Below are positions 1-8,922 of a DNA stretch of 64,000 nucleotides, in pieces. Position 1 is the stretch's first letter. Each line of letters begins with the position of its first letter. The notes under the pieces were generated by a model that was not told the origin of the DNA, searched no databases, and saw only the letters and a program-made list of their open reading frames with translations. This DNA comes from Capsulimonadaceae bacterium (GTDB lineage Bacteria > Armatimonadota > Armatimonadia > Armatimonadales > Capsulimonadaceae), in the NCBI GenBank assembly GCA_965215505.1, contig OZ244065.1:288001-352000 (forward strand), read 5' to 3'. The position numbers and the translations under genes are program-made.

Positions 1-1
1 C

Positions 2-1195
2 CGGTTCCGCCCCGTCACCTTCGTCGGCCAGCGCCTGTGGGACGAGCAGGTGCGCGCGGTGGACCGCGCCCTGCGGCACTCGCAGACGCCCCGGCAGTCG
101 CTCGACGCCGGGCAGGCCGCCGTGCAGAGCGAGCTGGACGGCGTGTACGGCCGCGAAACGCACCCGCTGCTGGCCTCCGGCCCGGTCGCGGTCGCCGTCG
201 GGCTGATCGTCCTGGCGGGCTTCGCGGTCCTCGGCATCGGCACGGCGCGCTGGATGGGCAGGCATCAGGAGGCGAGCCGGGCCGAGGCGCGGGCGGGCTT
301 CCTCTTCGTCCTGCCCTGGGTCTTCGGCTTCGTCGTCTTCACCCTGGGGCCGATCCTGGCCTCGCTCGTGCTGTCCTTCTGCGACTATGACGTCCTGCAC
401 GCGCCGCGCTGGGCGGGCGCGTCCAACTACCAGACTCTGGTGACCCAGGACCGGCCCCTGGTCCTGAAGAGCCTCGGGAACGCCGCGTACCTCGCCGCCG
501 TGGGCATCCCGCTGGGCATGATCACGAGCCTGACGATGGCCCTGCTGCTGAACACCAAGCTGCGCGGCCAGCAGTGGTATCGGACCTTCTTTTATGTGCC
601 CAGCATCGTGCCGGTCGTGGCGACCTCGGTGCTGTGGGCCTTCATCCTGAACTCCGACGCGAACCGGGGCCTGGTGAATGCCGCCTGGCAGGCGACCATC
701 TCGCACTGGTTCGGCCTGCCGCCGCCGGGCTGGCTCTCGGTGCCGGCCTGGGCGAAGCCCGGCCTGATCTTCATGGGCCTGTGGGGCGCGGGCGGGGGCA
801 TGATCCTGTGGCTGGCCGGCCTCCAGTCCATCTCGCCGACTCTCTACGAGGCGGCCTCACTGGACGGCGCGGGCTGGTGGTCCCAGTTCCGCCACGTCAC
901 GCTGCCGATGCTCTCGCCCTACATCTTTTTCAACCTGATCATGGGGACGATCGGAGCCTTGCAGACCTTTGAGACCGCCTACATCCTGGGCGGCACGAGC
1001 GGGGGCAGCAGCACGGGGCCGGACGACAGCCTGCTGATGCCGGTCGTCTACCTCTTCAACAACGCCTTCCAGTACTTCAAGATGGGCTACGCCAGCGCCC
1101 TCGCGTGGCTGCTGTTTATCTTGATACTCGGTCTGACCCTGGGCCAGCTCAAGATGGCACCGCGCTGGGTGCATTACGAAACGGGGGGGAAATAG
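2..1195 (+). CDS. Carbohydrate ABC transporter permease (MalF/UgpA-like), 5'-truncated by the window; probably fused to an upstream solute-binding domain
   Basis: Frame open from base 2 (RFRPVTFVGQRLWDEQV...); EAA loop 'LYEAASLDGAGWWSQFRHVTLPMLSP' and 'MGYASALAW'; soluble N-terminal part resembles an SBP C-terminus. Confidence 0.9.
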   Translation, partial: RFRPVTFVGQRLWDEQVRAVDRALRHSQTPRQSLDAGQAAVQSELDGVYGRETHPLLASGPVAVAVGLIVLAGFAVLGIGTARWMGRHQEASRAEARAGFLFVLPWVFGFVVFTLGPILASLVLSFCDYDVLHAPRWAGASNYQTLVTQDRPLVLKSLGNAAYLAAVGIPLGMITSLTMALLLNTKLRGQQWYRTFFYVPSIVPVVATSVLWAFILNSDANRGLVNAAWQATISHWFGLPPPGWLSVPAWAKPGLIFMGLWGAGGGMILWLAGLQSISPTLYEAASLDGAGWWSQFRHVTLPMLSPYIFFNLIMGTIGALQTFETAYILGGTSGGSSTGPDDSLLMPVVYLFNNAFQYFKMGYASALAWLLFILILGLTLGQLKMAPRWVHYETGGK

Positions 1196-1196
1196 G

Positions 1197-2297
1197 ATGG
1201 CGAACAATGCCCTCTTCTGGCTCCTCTCCGTCGTTCTCGGCTACGCCGCCCTCGCCTTCTGGGCCGCGAACGGCCTGCGCGCCCTGCGGCGGCGCGAAAG
1301 GCCGCTGACGGCCGGCCTGCTCGCGCTGCCGTTCCTCGTCGTCTTGGCCGCCGTCTTCCTCGCGCCCGGCCTGCGGCTCCTGCTGGCGGCCGTCCTGCTG
1401 GCGGGCGGGACCCTGGTCCTGACGCGCGCCCTCGCCCCGCGCGCCGCCCTGCTGCCCGAGCGGGAAACAAAGCTGACATTGCTGCATCTGGCCCTGATTT
1501 CCGGGTCGGCCCTGTTCCTGGTGCCGTTCGTGTGGCTCGTCGTCACGTCCCTCAAGACCGACGCCGAGATCGCCATCTACCCGCCGGTCTGGGTGCCGCA
1601 CCCGGTCTTGTGGCGTAACTACCCCGATGCCTTAAAGTTTTTACCGCCCGGCAGCGGCTACGGGCTGCTGAACTTGGGCAACACGCTCGTCATCGCGGTC
1701 ATGTCCGTGCTGGGGACCGTGCTGTCCTCGTCCTTCGTCGCCTACGGGTTCGCCCGGATGCGCTGGCCCGGCAAGGACTGGCTGTTCGGCGTCCTGCTGG
1801 CGACGATGATGCTGCCGGACGCGGTGACGATGATGCCGCGCTTCCTGATCTTCCGCCAGCTTCACTGGATAGACACCCTGCTGCCCCTGTGGGTGCCCTC
1901 GTTCTTCGCGTCGGCCTTCAGCGTGTTCCTCCTGCGCCAGTTCTTCATGGGCATCCCGCAGGAGCTGGAAGACGCCGCGAAGATAGACGGCTGTGGGCCG
2001 TTCACGACCTGGTGGCGCGTGATGATGCCGCTGGTCAAGCCCGCCCTGGCCGCCGTCACGATCATGACGTTTTTGGGTGCCTGGAAGGACTTCCTGGGGC
2101 CATTGATCTACATCTCGTCGCCCGAGAAGATGCCGCTGTCGTATGTGCTTCAGCTTTATAACGCCGCCCACGGCGGCGAGCCGGGCCTGCTGATGGCGGC
2201 GACAACATTGGTCGTGCTGCCGGTCATCGTGCTGTTCTTCTTCACCCAGCGGTACTTCATCGAGGGCGTCTCGTTTACGGGGCTGGGGGGGCGGTGA
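1197..2297 (+). CDS. Carbohydrate ABC transporter permease (MalG/UgpE-like) with extra N-terminal TM helices
   Basis: EAA motif 'IPQELEDAAKIDGC', C-terminal 'FFTQRYFIEG'. Confidence 0.92.
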   Translation: MANNALFWLLSVVLGYAALAFWAANGLRALRRRERPLTAGLLALPFLVVLAAVFLAPGLRLLLAAVLLAGGTLVLTRALAPRAALLPERETKLTLLHLALISGSALFLVPFVWLVVTSLKTDAEIAIYPPVWVPHPVLWRNYPDALKFLPPGSGYGLLNLGNTLVIAVMSVLGTVLSSSFVAYGFARMRWPGKDWLFGVLLATMMLPDAVTMMPRFLIFRQLHWIDTLLPLWVPSFFASAFSVFLLRQFFMGIPQELEDAAKIDGCGPFTTWWRVMMPLVKPALAAVTIMTFLGAWKDFLGPLIYISSPEKMPLSYVLQLYNAAHGGEPGLLMAATTLVVLPVIVLFFFTQRYFIEGVSFTGLGGR

Positions 2298-2386
2298 TGG
2301 CAGAGCGCCTGAATCAAAGATGTCACGCGGTAGCTCCGGCATCTGGGATGATCGGGTGACTCTGGCAAACGGTTCGGGCGTGTGAG

Positions 2387-2527
2387 GACGAGTGATTGAA
2401 ATCACTCGCTCCTCTCGGATTTGTCCAAGGGACAATCGGACAGAAGGAGGCTACCCTCGACTACCGTACTCCCTCTTCTGTCCCCTGGACAGGTCTGGCG
2501 CGCAGCGAGTGATTTCAATCACTCGTC
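2387..2527. repeat. ~141-bp nested-palindromic element, copy 1 (MITE/REPIN-like)
   Basis: Ends GACGAGTGATTGAAATCACTCGCT ... AGCGAGTGATTTCAATCACTCGTC; internal TGTCCNNNGGACA pair; flanks 2375-2386/2528-2539 also inverted. Confidence 0.9.
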
Positions 2528-2592
2528 CTCACACGCCCGGCGGCTGTGGCTGCCACAAGGCATTATCAGTAAAGATGACAGAAGCAAATGCC

Positions 2593-4728
2593 ATGACACA
2601 GAATGACCCCCCGCCCGCCGACCCCGGCCAAACCCTGGAGCGGACCTCGTTCCAGACGAGTGCGCCGTGGGACCCCGGTTTGCAGCTCGGGTCGGACGTC
2701 GCCATGTGCTACGGGATCGGGCCGGACCTCGCCGCGCGCATCGCGGGATGGAAGAGGCAGGGCTACCGGGTCCACGTCATGACCGGGGTGTCCTGGGGGG
2801 AGTATCAGGACTATCTGTACGGGCGGTTCGACGGCGTGAACCACGAGGACGAGGCGCAGCAGGAGCGAAATGGGCACAAGATCTCGCACGGCGGCGACGT
2901 GTACTACATGTCGCCGGGCGAGAGCTACGGCAAGTTCCTGTGCCTCGGCGTCAAGCGCGCCCTTGATGCCGGGGCGGAGGGCATCCACCTGGAGGAACCG
3001 GAGTTCTGGGTGCGGGCGGGCTGGAGTCCCGGCTTCAAGCGGGAGTGGAAGGCGTACTATAACGAGGAGTGGGTCGCGCCGGACTCGTCGCCCGACGCGC
3101 AGTACCAAGCCTCGCAGCTCAAGTATTTTCTCTACCGCCGGGCCTTGACACAGATATTCGACTTCGTGAAGGCGTATAACCGGGAACACGGGACGGGGGC
3201 CAAGTGCTATGTTCCCACGCACAGCCTGATCAACTACGCCCATTGGGGCATCGTCAGCCCCGAGTCGAGCCTGCTGGAAGTGGGCGCGGACGGCTTCATC
3301 GCGCAGGTGTGGACCGGCACGGCGCGCGAGCCGAACGTCTACGAGGGGCGCAAGAAGGAACGTACCTTCGAGACGGCTTTCCTGGAATACGGGGCGATGA
3401 TGAACGTCGTCCGGGCCAGCGGCAAGGCGGTCTGGTTCCTGAACGACCCCATCGAGGACAACCCCGACTACTCGTGGCGCAACTACCGGGCCAACTGGGA
3501 GAGTACCCTGACCGCCTCATTGCTGTGGCCGCAGGTGTGGCGGTTTGAGGTCATGCCCTGGCCGGAGCGCATCTTCCACGGGACGTATCCCACCCTGGAC
3601 CGTTCGGAGCGCAAGGCCGGCGCGACGGTCGAGAAGGAGGCTCTGCCGACGGCCTATGGCACCGAGCTGATGACGGTCATCAACGCCCTGAACGACATGG
3701 ACCATCCCGAGAGCGAGTGGGACTGCGGGACGCAAGGGGTGGGGGTCGTCGTCGCGGACACGCTGATGTTCCAGCGCGGCGGGCCATCCCCGTCCGACCC
3801 ACACCTGGGTTCCTTCTACGGCCTCGCCATGCCGCTCCTCAAGCGCGGCCTGCCGGTCGAGCCGGTGCAGATGGAGAACGCCGTCCTGCCCGGTGCGCTC
3901 GCCCCTTACAAAGTTTTGCTGATGACCTATGAGGGCATGAAGCCGCCGAGCGCCGAGGCGAGTGCCGCATTAGCGGAGTGGGTCAAGGCCGGCGGCGTGC
4001 TGGTGTTCGTGGACGATGACACGGACCCGTTTAACCGGGTCCACGCCTGGTGGAACACGGCCCCGCACCAGTACGCGACGCCGCGACAAGCCCTGTTCGA
4101 CCAACTAGGACTGGCCCGTGGCACCGGGCCGAGGGTATACCGCGTCGGGGATGGCATTCTCCTCTATGATGTCGCCAGCCCCGCCGCTCTGACGTACCGG
4201 ACGGATGGTGCCGGCCATGTCCGGGGCCTCGTCGAAGACGCCTGCCGCGTTGCCGGCCTCGCGTACCGGGAGACCAACTACCTGTCCCTGCGCCGAGGGC
4301 CTTACGTCATCGCGGCGGGCCTGGACGAGTCGCTGCCGGACGCCCCGCACACGCTCACCGGCCGCTTCCTGGACCTTTTTGACGCCGAGCTGCCTATCCT
4401 GGAGACGGTCGCCCTCGTCCCCGGCAGCCGCGCCCTGCTGCTGGACCTGGACCGGGTTCCGCCCCAAGGCCCTGTCATTCTGGCGGCGGCCTGCAAGACG
4501 CGCGGGGCGGAGGCCCCTCCCGGCGGCGGATTCCGGTTCCACTGCGCCGGGCCGGACGGCACCGAAGCCGCCATCCGCCTGCGCCTCGGCGATGCGCCGC
4601 GAGCGGTCACGCTGGACGAAGCGCCGCTGCCGCCGGGCGCGTCGGAGTGGGACGCGGCGACGCGGACGCTCCTGCTGCGCTTCCCGAACTCTGCGTCCGG
4701 GCAGTGGGTCACGCTGCGCCGAACATGA
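2593..4728 (+). CDS. Hypothetical glycoside-hydrolase-like protein (possible TIM barrel plus beta-galactosidase trimerisation-like domain)
   Basis: Long ORF; start chosen at ATG 2593 because the longer ORF runs through the repeat; 'GIHLEEPEFW' and 'ALAEWVKAGGVLVF' motifs; next to a sugar ABC transporter. Confidence 0.6.
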   Translation: MTQNDPPPADPGQTLERTSFQTSAPWDPGLQLGSDVAMCYGIGPDLAARIAGWKRQGYRVHVMTGVSWGEYQDYLYGRFDGVNHEDEAQQERNGHKISHGGDVYYMSPGESYGKFLCLGVKRALDAGAEGIHLEEPEFWVRAGWSPGFKREWKAYYNEEWVAPDSSPDAQYQASQLKYFLYRRALTQIFDFVKAYNREHGTGAKCYVPTHSLINYAHWGIVSPESSLLEVGADGFIAQVWTGTAREPNVYEGRKKERTFETAFLEYGAMMNVVRASGKAVWFLNDPIEDNPDYSWRNYRANWESTLTASLLWPQVWRFEVMPWPERIFHGTYPTLDRSERKAGATVEKEALPTAYGTELMTVINALNDMDHPESEWDCGTQGVGVVVADTLMFQRGGPSPSDPHLGSFYGLAMPLLKRGLPVEPVQMENAVLPGALAPYKVLLMTYEGMKPPSAEASAALAEWVKAGGVLVFVDDDTDPFNRVHAWWNTAPHQYATPRQALFDQLGLARGTGPRVYRVGDGILLYDVASPAALTYRTDGAGHVRGLVEDACRVAGLAYRETNYLSLRRGPYVIAAGLDESLPDAPHTLTGRFLDLFDAELPILETVALVPGSRALLLDLDRVPPQGPVILAAACKTRGAEAPPGGGFRFHCAGPDGTEAAIRLRLGDAPRAVTLDEAPLPPGASEWDAATRTLLLRFPNSASGQWVTLRRT

Positions 4729-4777
4729 GGCCGAAAAATGCCGCTAAAAACGGCGCGCGGCGGGTAAAATAACGGAG

Positions 4778-6457
4778 ATGACTAAACGCATAAGAACCCT
4801 CCTCTTCGCCGTCCTCTGCCTCGGGCTGCTCGGCGTGATCGCTTACCGACAGATCCAGAGCGCGAAAGCCGCCTCCCAGGTCCGCTACCGGACGGAAACC
4901 GCCGCCACCGGCGACGTCACCGACACGGTGGAAGCCAGCGGCGTCGTCCAGCCGCTGACCTCGGTGGATGTCAAGTCGCGGGCCGGCGGACGCCTGATCA
5001 AGCTCGCCGTGGACGTCGGCACCCGCGTCAAGCCGGGGATGCTGCTCGGCCGCATTGACCCCTCGGACACCCTCTCCGCCTACAACCAAGCGGCGGCCGA
5101 CCTGATCACGGCCCGCGCCCGGCTGTCCCAGACCCAGCAGCAGGCGCGGATGTCCGGGATGCAGGACACTTTGACCGTTTCGGGCGCGCAGCAGGGGCTG
5201 AGTTCGGCGCAGGCCAAGCTGACCCAGGCGGAGCGTCTGGCGGAGGTCCAGCCGGCACTCACGGACAACGCCATTTCCGAAGCCGAGGCCAACCTCGCCT
5301 CCGCCCAGCAGCAGTACGAGCAGCTTCGGGCCGCCGGCAACCCGCAGGCGCGCGCCTCGGCGCAGTCCGTCTATGCCCAGGCGCGCGCCAACGTCGTCGC
5401 CGCCGACGCCGCTTATGACCGCCAGAACTCGCTGGCCCAGAAGGGGTTCGTCGCCCAGCAGGCCGTGGACACCGCCCTGGCCTCCCGCGACGTCGCCCGC
5501 GCGACGCTGGATGAGGCCCGCCAAAGACTACGGACGATTGACGCCGACCAGAAGGCGTCGCTTGCCGGGGCCGCCGCCCGCGTCAGCCAGGCCCGAGGCG
5601 CTCTGCTCACCGCTCAGACCGACCGTTACGAGATCGGGACGCGCAAGCAGGACGTGACCGCCTCCCATGCCGCCTTGCTCCAAGCGCGCATGGCCGTCCA
5701 GAATGCCCAGGCCGGGCTGATGCAGAGCAGCATCCGCCAGTCCGACATTCAGGCGGCTCAGGCCGCCGTGTCCAAGGCGCAGGCGGAGGTCAACAACCGA
5801 CTGATCCAGCTCCACGACGCGACCATCTATGCGCCCCGCAACGGCGTCGTCCTCCAGAAGTATGTCGAAGAGGGGACGATCATCTCCAGCGGCGAGTCGC
5901 TGTCGTCCGATGGCACCAAGATCGTGCAAATCGGCGACGTCAGCACCCTCTTCATTGATGTGGGCGTGGACGAGTCCGATGTCGGCAAGATCGCCCTGGG
6001 CCAGAAGGTCCTGATCTCCCTGGACGCCGTGCCGCAGGCCAAGCCCGAGGGCCGCGTCGTGCGGATCGACCCGCAGGCGATCAACGACCGCGACGTGACG
6101 ACGGTCCACGTCCGCGTCGAGATCAAGAACCCGGACGCGGCGATCAAGCCCGGCATGAACGCCACCTGCCAGTTCGTCCTGCGCGACGTGCGGAACGTCC
6201 TCGTCGTCCCCAGCGATGCCGTGAAGGAGGGGCGCACCGGCGGGAACACGGTGCGCGTCCTGACCGGAGACAAGGCCGAGACGCGGACGGTCGAGGTCGG
6301 CGTCGTCGGCAGCGAGAAGACCGAGATCAAGAGCGGGCTGAAGGCCGGCGACAAGGTCATCCTGGGCATCCTCCAGCCCGCCCCCGACGGCGGCGGAGAC
6401 GCGGGAGCGCCGGGCGGCGGAGCCGGCGGCAAGGGCGGGGCGGGCGGCGGACACTAG
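4778..6457 (+). CDS. Efflux periplasmic adaptor (MacA/HlyD-like) with long coiled coil
   Basis: N-terminal TM; lipoyl halves 'VDVKSRAGGRLIKLAVDVGTRVKPG' and 'IYAPRNGVV'; 'IKPGMNA'. Confidence 0.9.
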   Translation: MTKRIRTLLFAVLCLGLLGVIAYRQIQSAKAASQVRYRTETAATGDVTDTVEASGVVQPLTSVDVKSRAGGRLIKLAVDVGTRVKPGMLLGRIDPSDTLSAYNQAAADLITARARLSQTQQQARMSGMQDTLTVSGAQQGLSSAQAKLTQAERLAEVQPALTDNAISEAEANLASAQQQYEQLRAAGNPQARASAQSVYAQARANVVAADAAYDRQNSLAQKGFVAQQAVDTALASRDVARATLDEARQRLRTIDADQKASLAGAAARVSQARGALLTAQTDRYEIGTRKQDVTASHAALLQARMAVQNAQAGLMQSSIRQSDIQAAQAAVSKAQAEVNNRLIQLHDATIYAPRNGVVLQKYVEEGTIISSGESLSSDGTKIVQIGDVSTLFIDVGVDESDVGKIALGQKVLISLDAVPQAKPEGRVVRIDPQAINDRDVTTVHVRVEIKNPDAAIKPGMNATCQFVLRDVRNVLVVPSDAVKEGRTGGNTVRVLTGDKAETRTVEVGVVGSEKTEIKSGLKAGDKVILGILQPAPDGGGDAGAPGGGAGGKGGAGGGH

Positions 6458-6478
6458 AAAGCGGCAAGAAACAGCGTT

Positions 6479-7810
6479 ATGAGTACACTCCTCCAAAGGC
6501 CCGAGCCGCCGACAGCGGCTGCCCCATTGCCCCCGCGCCGGCCCGACGCGCCGCACCGGTTCCAGAAGAACCGGACGCCCGCCCTGAACCTCGGCGAATG
6601 CGTCCACATCGCCTTACAGGGCTTGGCCGCCAACAAGATGCGCGCCATGCTGACCATGCTCGGCATCATCATCGGCGTCGGCGCGGTCATCACCATGATC
6701 GCCGTCGGGCAGGGCGCGCGCCAGAAGACGTTGGGCCAGATCCAGGCGCTCGGTACGAACGTCCTCATTATCCAGTCGGGCCAGACCAAGTCCGGCGGCG
6801 TCTTCGGCGGCGCGGGGTCCTTCCGCAACATCACCTTCGATGACCTCGACGCCATCCTGAAAAAAGCGCCCGCCGTCGCGGCCGTTTCGGGCGAGGACAT
6901 CACGCAGGCGCAGGTCAAGGGCGGCGGGACCAACACGAACACCAGCGTCATCGGAGTCGGCGCGGACTATGCCGACATCCGCAACTTCGCCATCGCCGAC
7001 GGCCGGTTTTTCACCCCGCGCGACCTGCGCGCCCGGTCACCCGTCTGCATCCTGGGTGCCAAGGTCGCCGGCGACTTCTTCAAGGGCAAGTCCGCCCTGG
7101 GCCAGCGCGTCCGCATCAACTCGTCTTCGTACCGCGTGGTCGGCGTCATGGCCCGCAAGGGGCAGGTCGGGTCGCAGAACGCCGACGACCAGGTCTTCCT
7201 GCCCCTCAGCACGTTCCAGGGCAAACTGGGCCGCTGGTGGTGGCGGGGGCGGGTCGCGACCGCCGACATCCAGGCGGTCAGCGCGGACAAGATGGACGAG
7301 GCATCCAGCCAGATCGCGGCCCTGATGCGCCAGCTCCACCATGTGAAGCCGGACCGGCCCGACGACATCACGATCAACAACCAGGCCGAGATCGCCGCCG
7401 TCGCCGAGCAGACCACGCGGACCTTCACCTTTCTGCTGGCCTCCATCGCGGGCGTCTCGCTGCTGGTCGGCGGCATCGGCATCATGAACATCATGCTGGT
7501 TTCGGTGACGGAGCGGACGCGCGAGATCGGCGTTCGCAAGGCCATCGGGGCGAAGCGGCGCGACATCCTGTGGCAGTTCCTGATCGAGAGCGTCGTCCTG
7601 TCGCTGCTCGGCGGCGTCATCGGCATCGCATTGGGCGTCGGCGGCGCGATACTTTTGGGCCGCCTCAGCACCGACTATACGCCCATCCTGACACTCCCGC
7701 CGGTCCTGCTGGCCTTCGGCTTCGCGGCCGCCGTCGGCATCTTCTTCGGATTCTACCCGGCCCAGAAGGCGTCCCGCCTCAGCCCGATAGAAGCACTGCG
7801 GTACGAGTAG
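6479..7810 (+). CDS. MacB/FtsX-family ABC permease
   Basis: 'LTMLGIIIGVGAVI', 'GGIGIMNIMLVSVTERTREIGVRKAIGA', 'PIEALRYE'. Confidence 0.95.
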   Translation: MSTLLQRPEPPTAAAPLPPRRPDAPHRFQKNRTPALNLGECVHIALQGLAANKMRAMLTMLGIIIGVGAVITMIAVGQGARQKTLGQIQALGTNVLIIQSGQTKSGGVFGGAGSFRNITFDDLDAILKKAPAVAAVSGEDITQAQVKGGGTNTNTSVIGVGADYADIRNFAIADGRFFTPRDLRARSPVCILGAKVAGDFFKGKSALGQRVRINSSSYRVVGVMARKGQVGSQNADDQVFLPLSTFQGKLGRWWWRGRVATADIQAVSADKMDEASSQIAALMRQLHHVKPDRPDDITINNQAEIAAVAEQTTRTFTFLLASIAGVSLLVGGIGIMNIMLVSVTERTREIGVRKAIGAKRRDILWQFLIESVVLSLLGGVIGIALGVGGAILLGRLSTDYTPILTLPPVLLAFGFAAAVGIFFGFYPAQKASRLSPIEALRYE

Positions 7811-7812
7811 GC

Positions 7813-8523
7813 ATGATCACGCTGACCGACATCACCAAGACGTACCAGACCGGCACGATGGCGCTGACCGTCCTGAAAGGGATCTCTCTGCACATCGCGG
7901 CGGGGGAGATGGTGGCAATCATGGGGCCGTCCGGCTCGGGCAAGTCCACGCTGATGAACATCATTGGCTGCCTGGACCAGCCGACCTCGGGGTCCTATGC
8001 GCTCGACGGCTACGAGGTCGCCTACCTGGAAGAGAATACGCTGGCCGAGATACGGAACTGCACACTGGGGTTCGTCTTCCAGCAGTTCAACCTGCTGGCC
8101 CGGACGACCGCCCTCCGCAACGTCGAGCTGCCCTTAATCTACTCGGGGGAACGCCAGCGCGAGGAGCGCGCCCGCCGCGCCCTGACCCGCGTCGGGCTGT
8201 CCGACCGCATGGACCACACGCCGTCCATGCTGTCCGGCGGCCAGCAGCAGCGCGTCGCCATTGCCCGCGCCATCGTCAACGACCCGCCCATCCTCTTTGG
8301 CGACGAGCCGACCGGGGCATTGGACAGCCGGACGGGCCAGGAGATCATGGCGATCTTCCAGGCCCTGAACGATGAGGGCAAGACGGTCGTGCTGGTGACG
8401 CACGAGGAAGACATCGCCGAACACTGCAAGCGCATCCTGCGCTTTAAAGACGGCGTGATCGTCAGCGACCAGCCCGTCGCCAGCCGCCGCATCGCCCCGC
8501 CTTCCGATCTGGTGAGCGTCTGA
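7813..8523 (+). CDS. ABC ATP-binding protein (LolD/MacB-like)
   Basis: Walker A GPSGSGKST, LSGGQQQRVAIARA, DEPTGALD; start ATG 7813 just after the upstream stop. Confidence 0.95.
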   Translation: MITLTDITKTYQTGTMALTVLKGISLHIAAGEMVAIMGPSGSGKSTLMNIIGCLDQPTSGSYALDGYEVAYLEENTLAEIRNCTLGFVFQQFNLLARTTALRNVELPLIYSGERQREERARRALTRVGLSDRMDHTPSMLSGGQQQRVAIARAIVNDPPILFGDEPTGALDSRTGQEIMAIFQALNDEGKTVVLVTHEEDIAEHCKRILRFKDGVIVSDQPVASRRIAPPSDLVSV

Positions 8524-8588
8524 TGTGAACCACTGTTGTGACGCAGTCTCTGTCACGGCATATGAGCGGGCCAAGGAGGGGGGGCCAA

Positions 8589-8735
8589 GACGAGTGATTG
8601 AAATCACTCGCTTCCGCCGGATTTGTCCAAGGGACAAGAGAACAGGAGGATGCCGGACGTCCCTCTGTCTGCATCCTGTCCCTCTTCTGTCCCCTGGACA
8701 GGTCCGCGCGTAGCGAGTGATTTCAATCACTCGTC
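8589..8735. repeat. ~147-bp nested-palindromic element, copy 2
   Basis: Same terminal and internal palindromes as 2387-2527. Confidence 0.9.
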
Positions 8736-8868
8736 TCGGCCCCCCCTCGTCTCGGCCCCCCCTCGTCTCGGCCCCCCCTCGTCTCGGCCCCCCCTCGTCT
8801 CGGCCCCCCCTCGTCTCGGCCCCCCCTCGTCTCGGCCCCCCCTCGTCTCGGCCCCCCCTCGTCTCGGC
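8731..8868. repeat. Tandem repeat, 16-bp unit TCGTCTCGGCCCCCCC x8 plus a partial unit
   Basis: Perfect units begin at 8731, 8747 ... 8843; partial unit at 8859. Confidence 0.97.
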
Positions 8869-8922
8869 TTCCTTGCCCGGCTCCCCTTAGCGCCTGTGGC
8901 AGCCCTTGCTGACGCAAGAGGC

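Noticed and set aside
2392-2592. N-terminal extension 'MIEITR...RVISITR' of the 778-aa ORF, and similar ORFs at 8134-8730, 8623-9219, 45790-46152
   Set aside because: Translation through the palindromic repeat element, not real coding sequence
8731-8868. Possible CRISPR array
   Set aside because: Contiguous identical 16-bp units with no spacers and no cas genes
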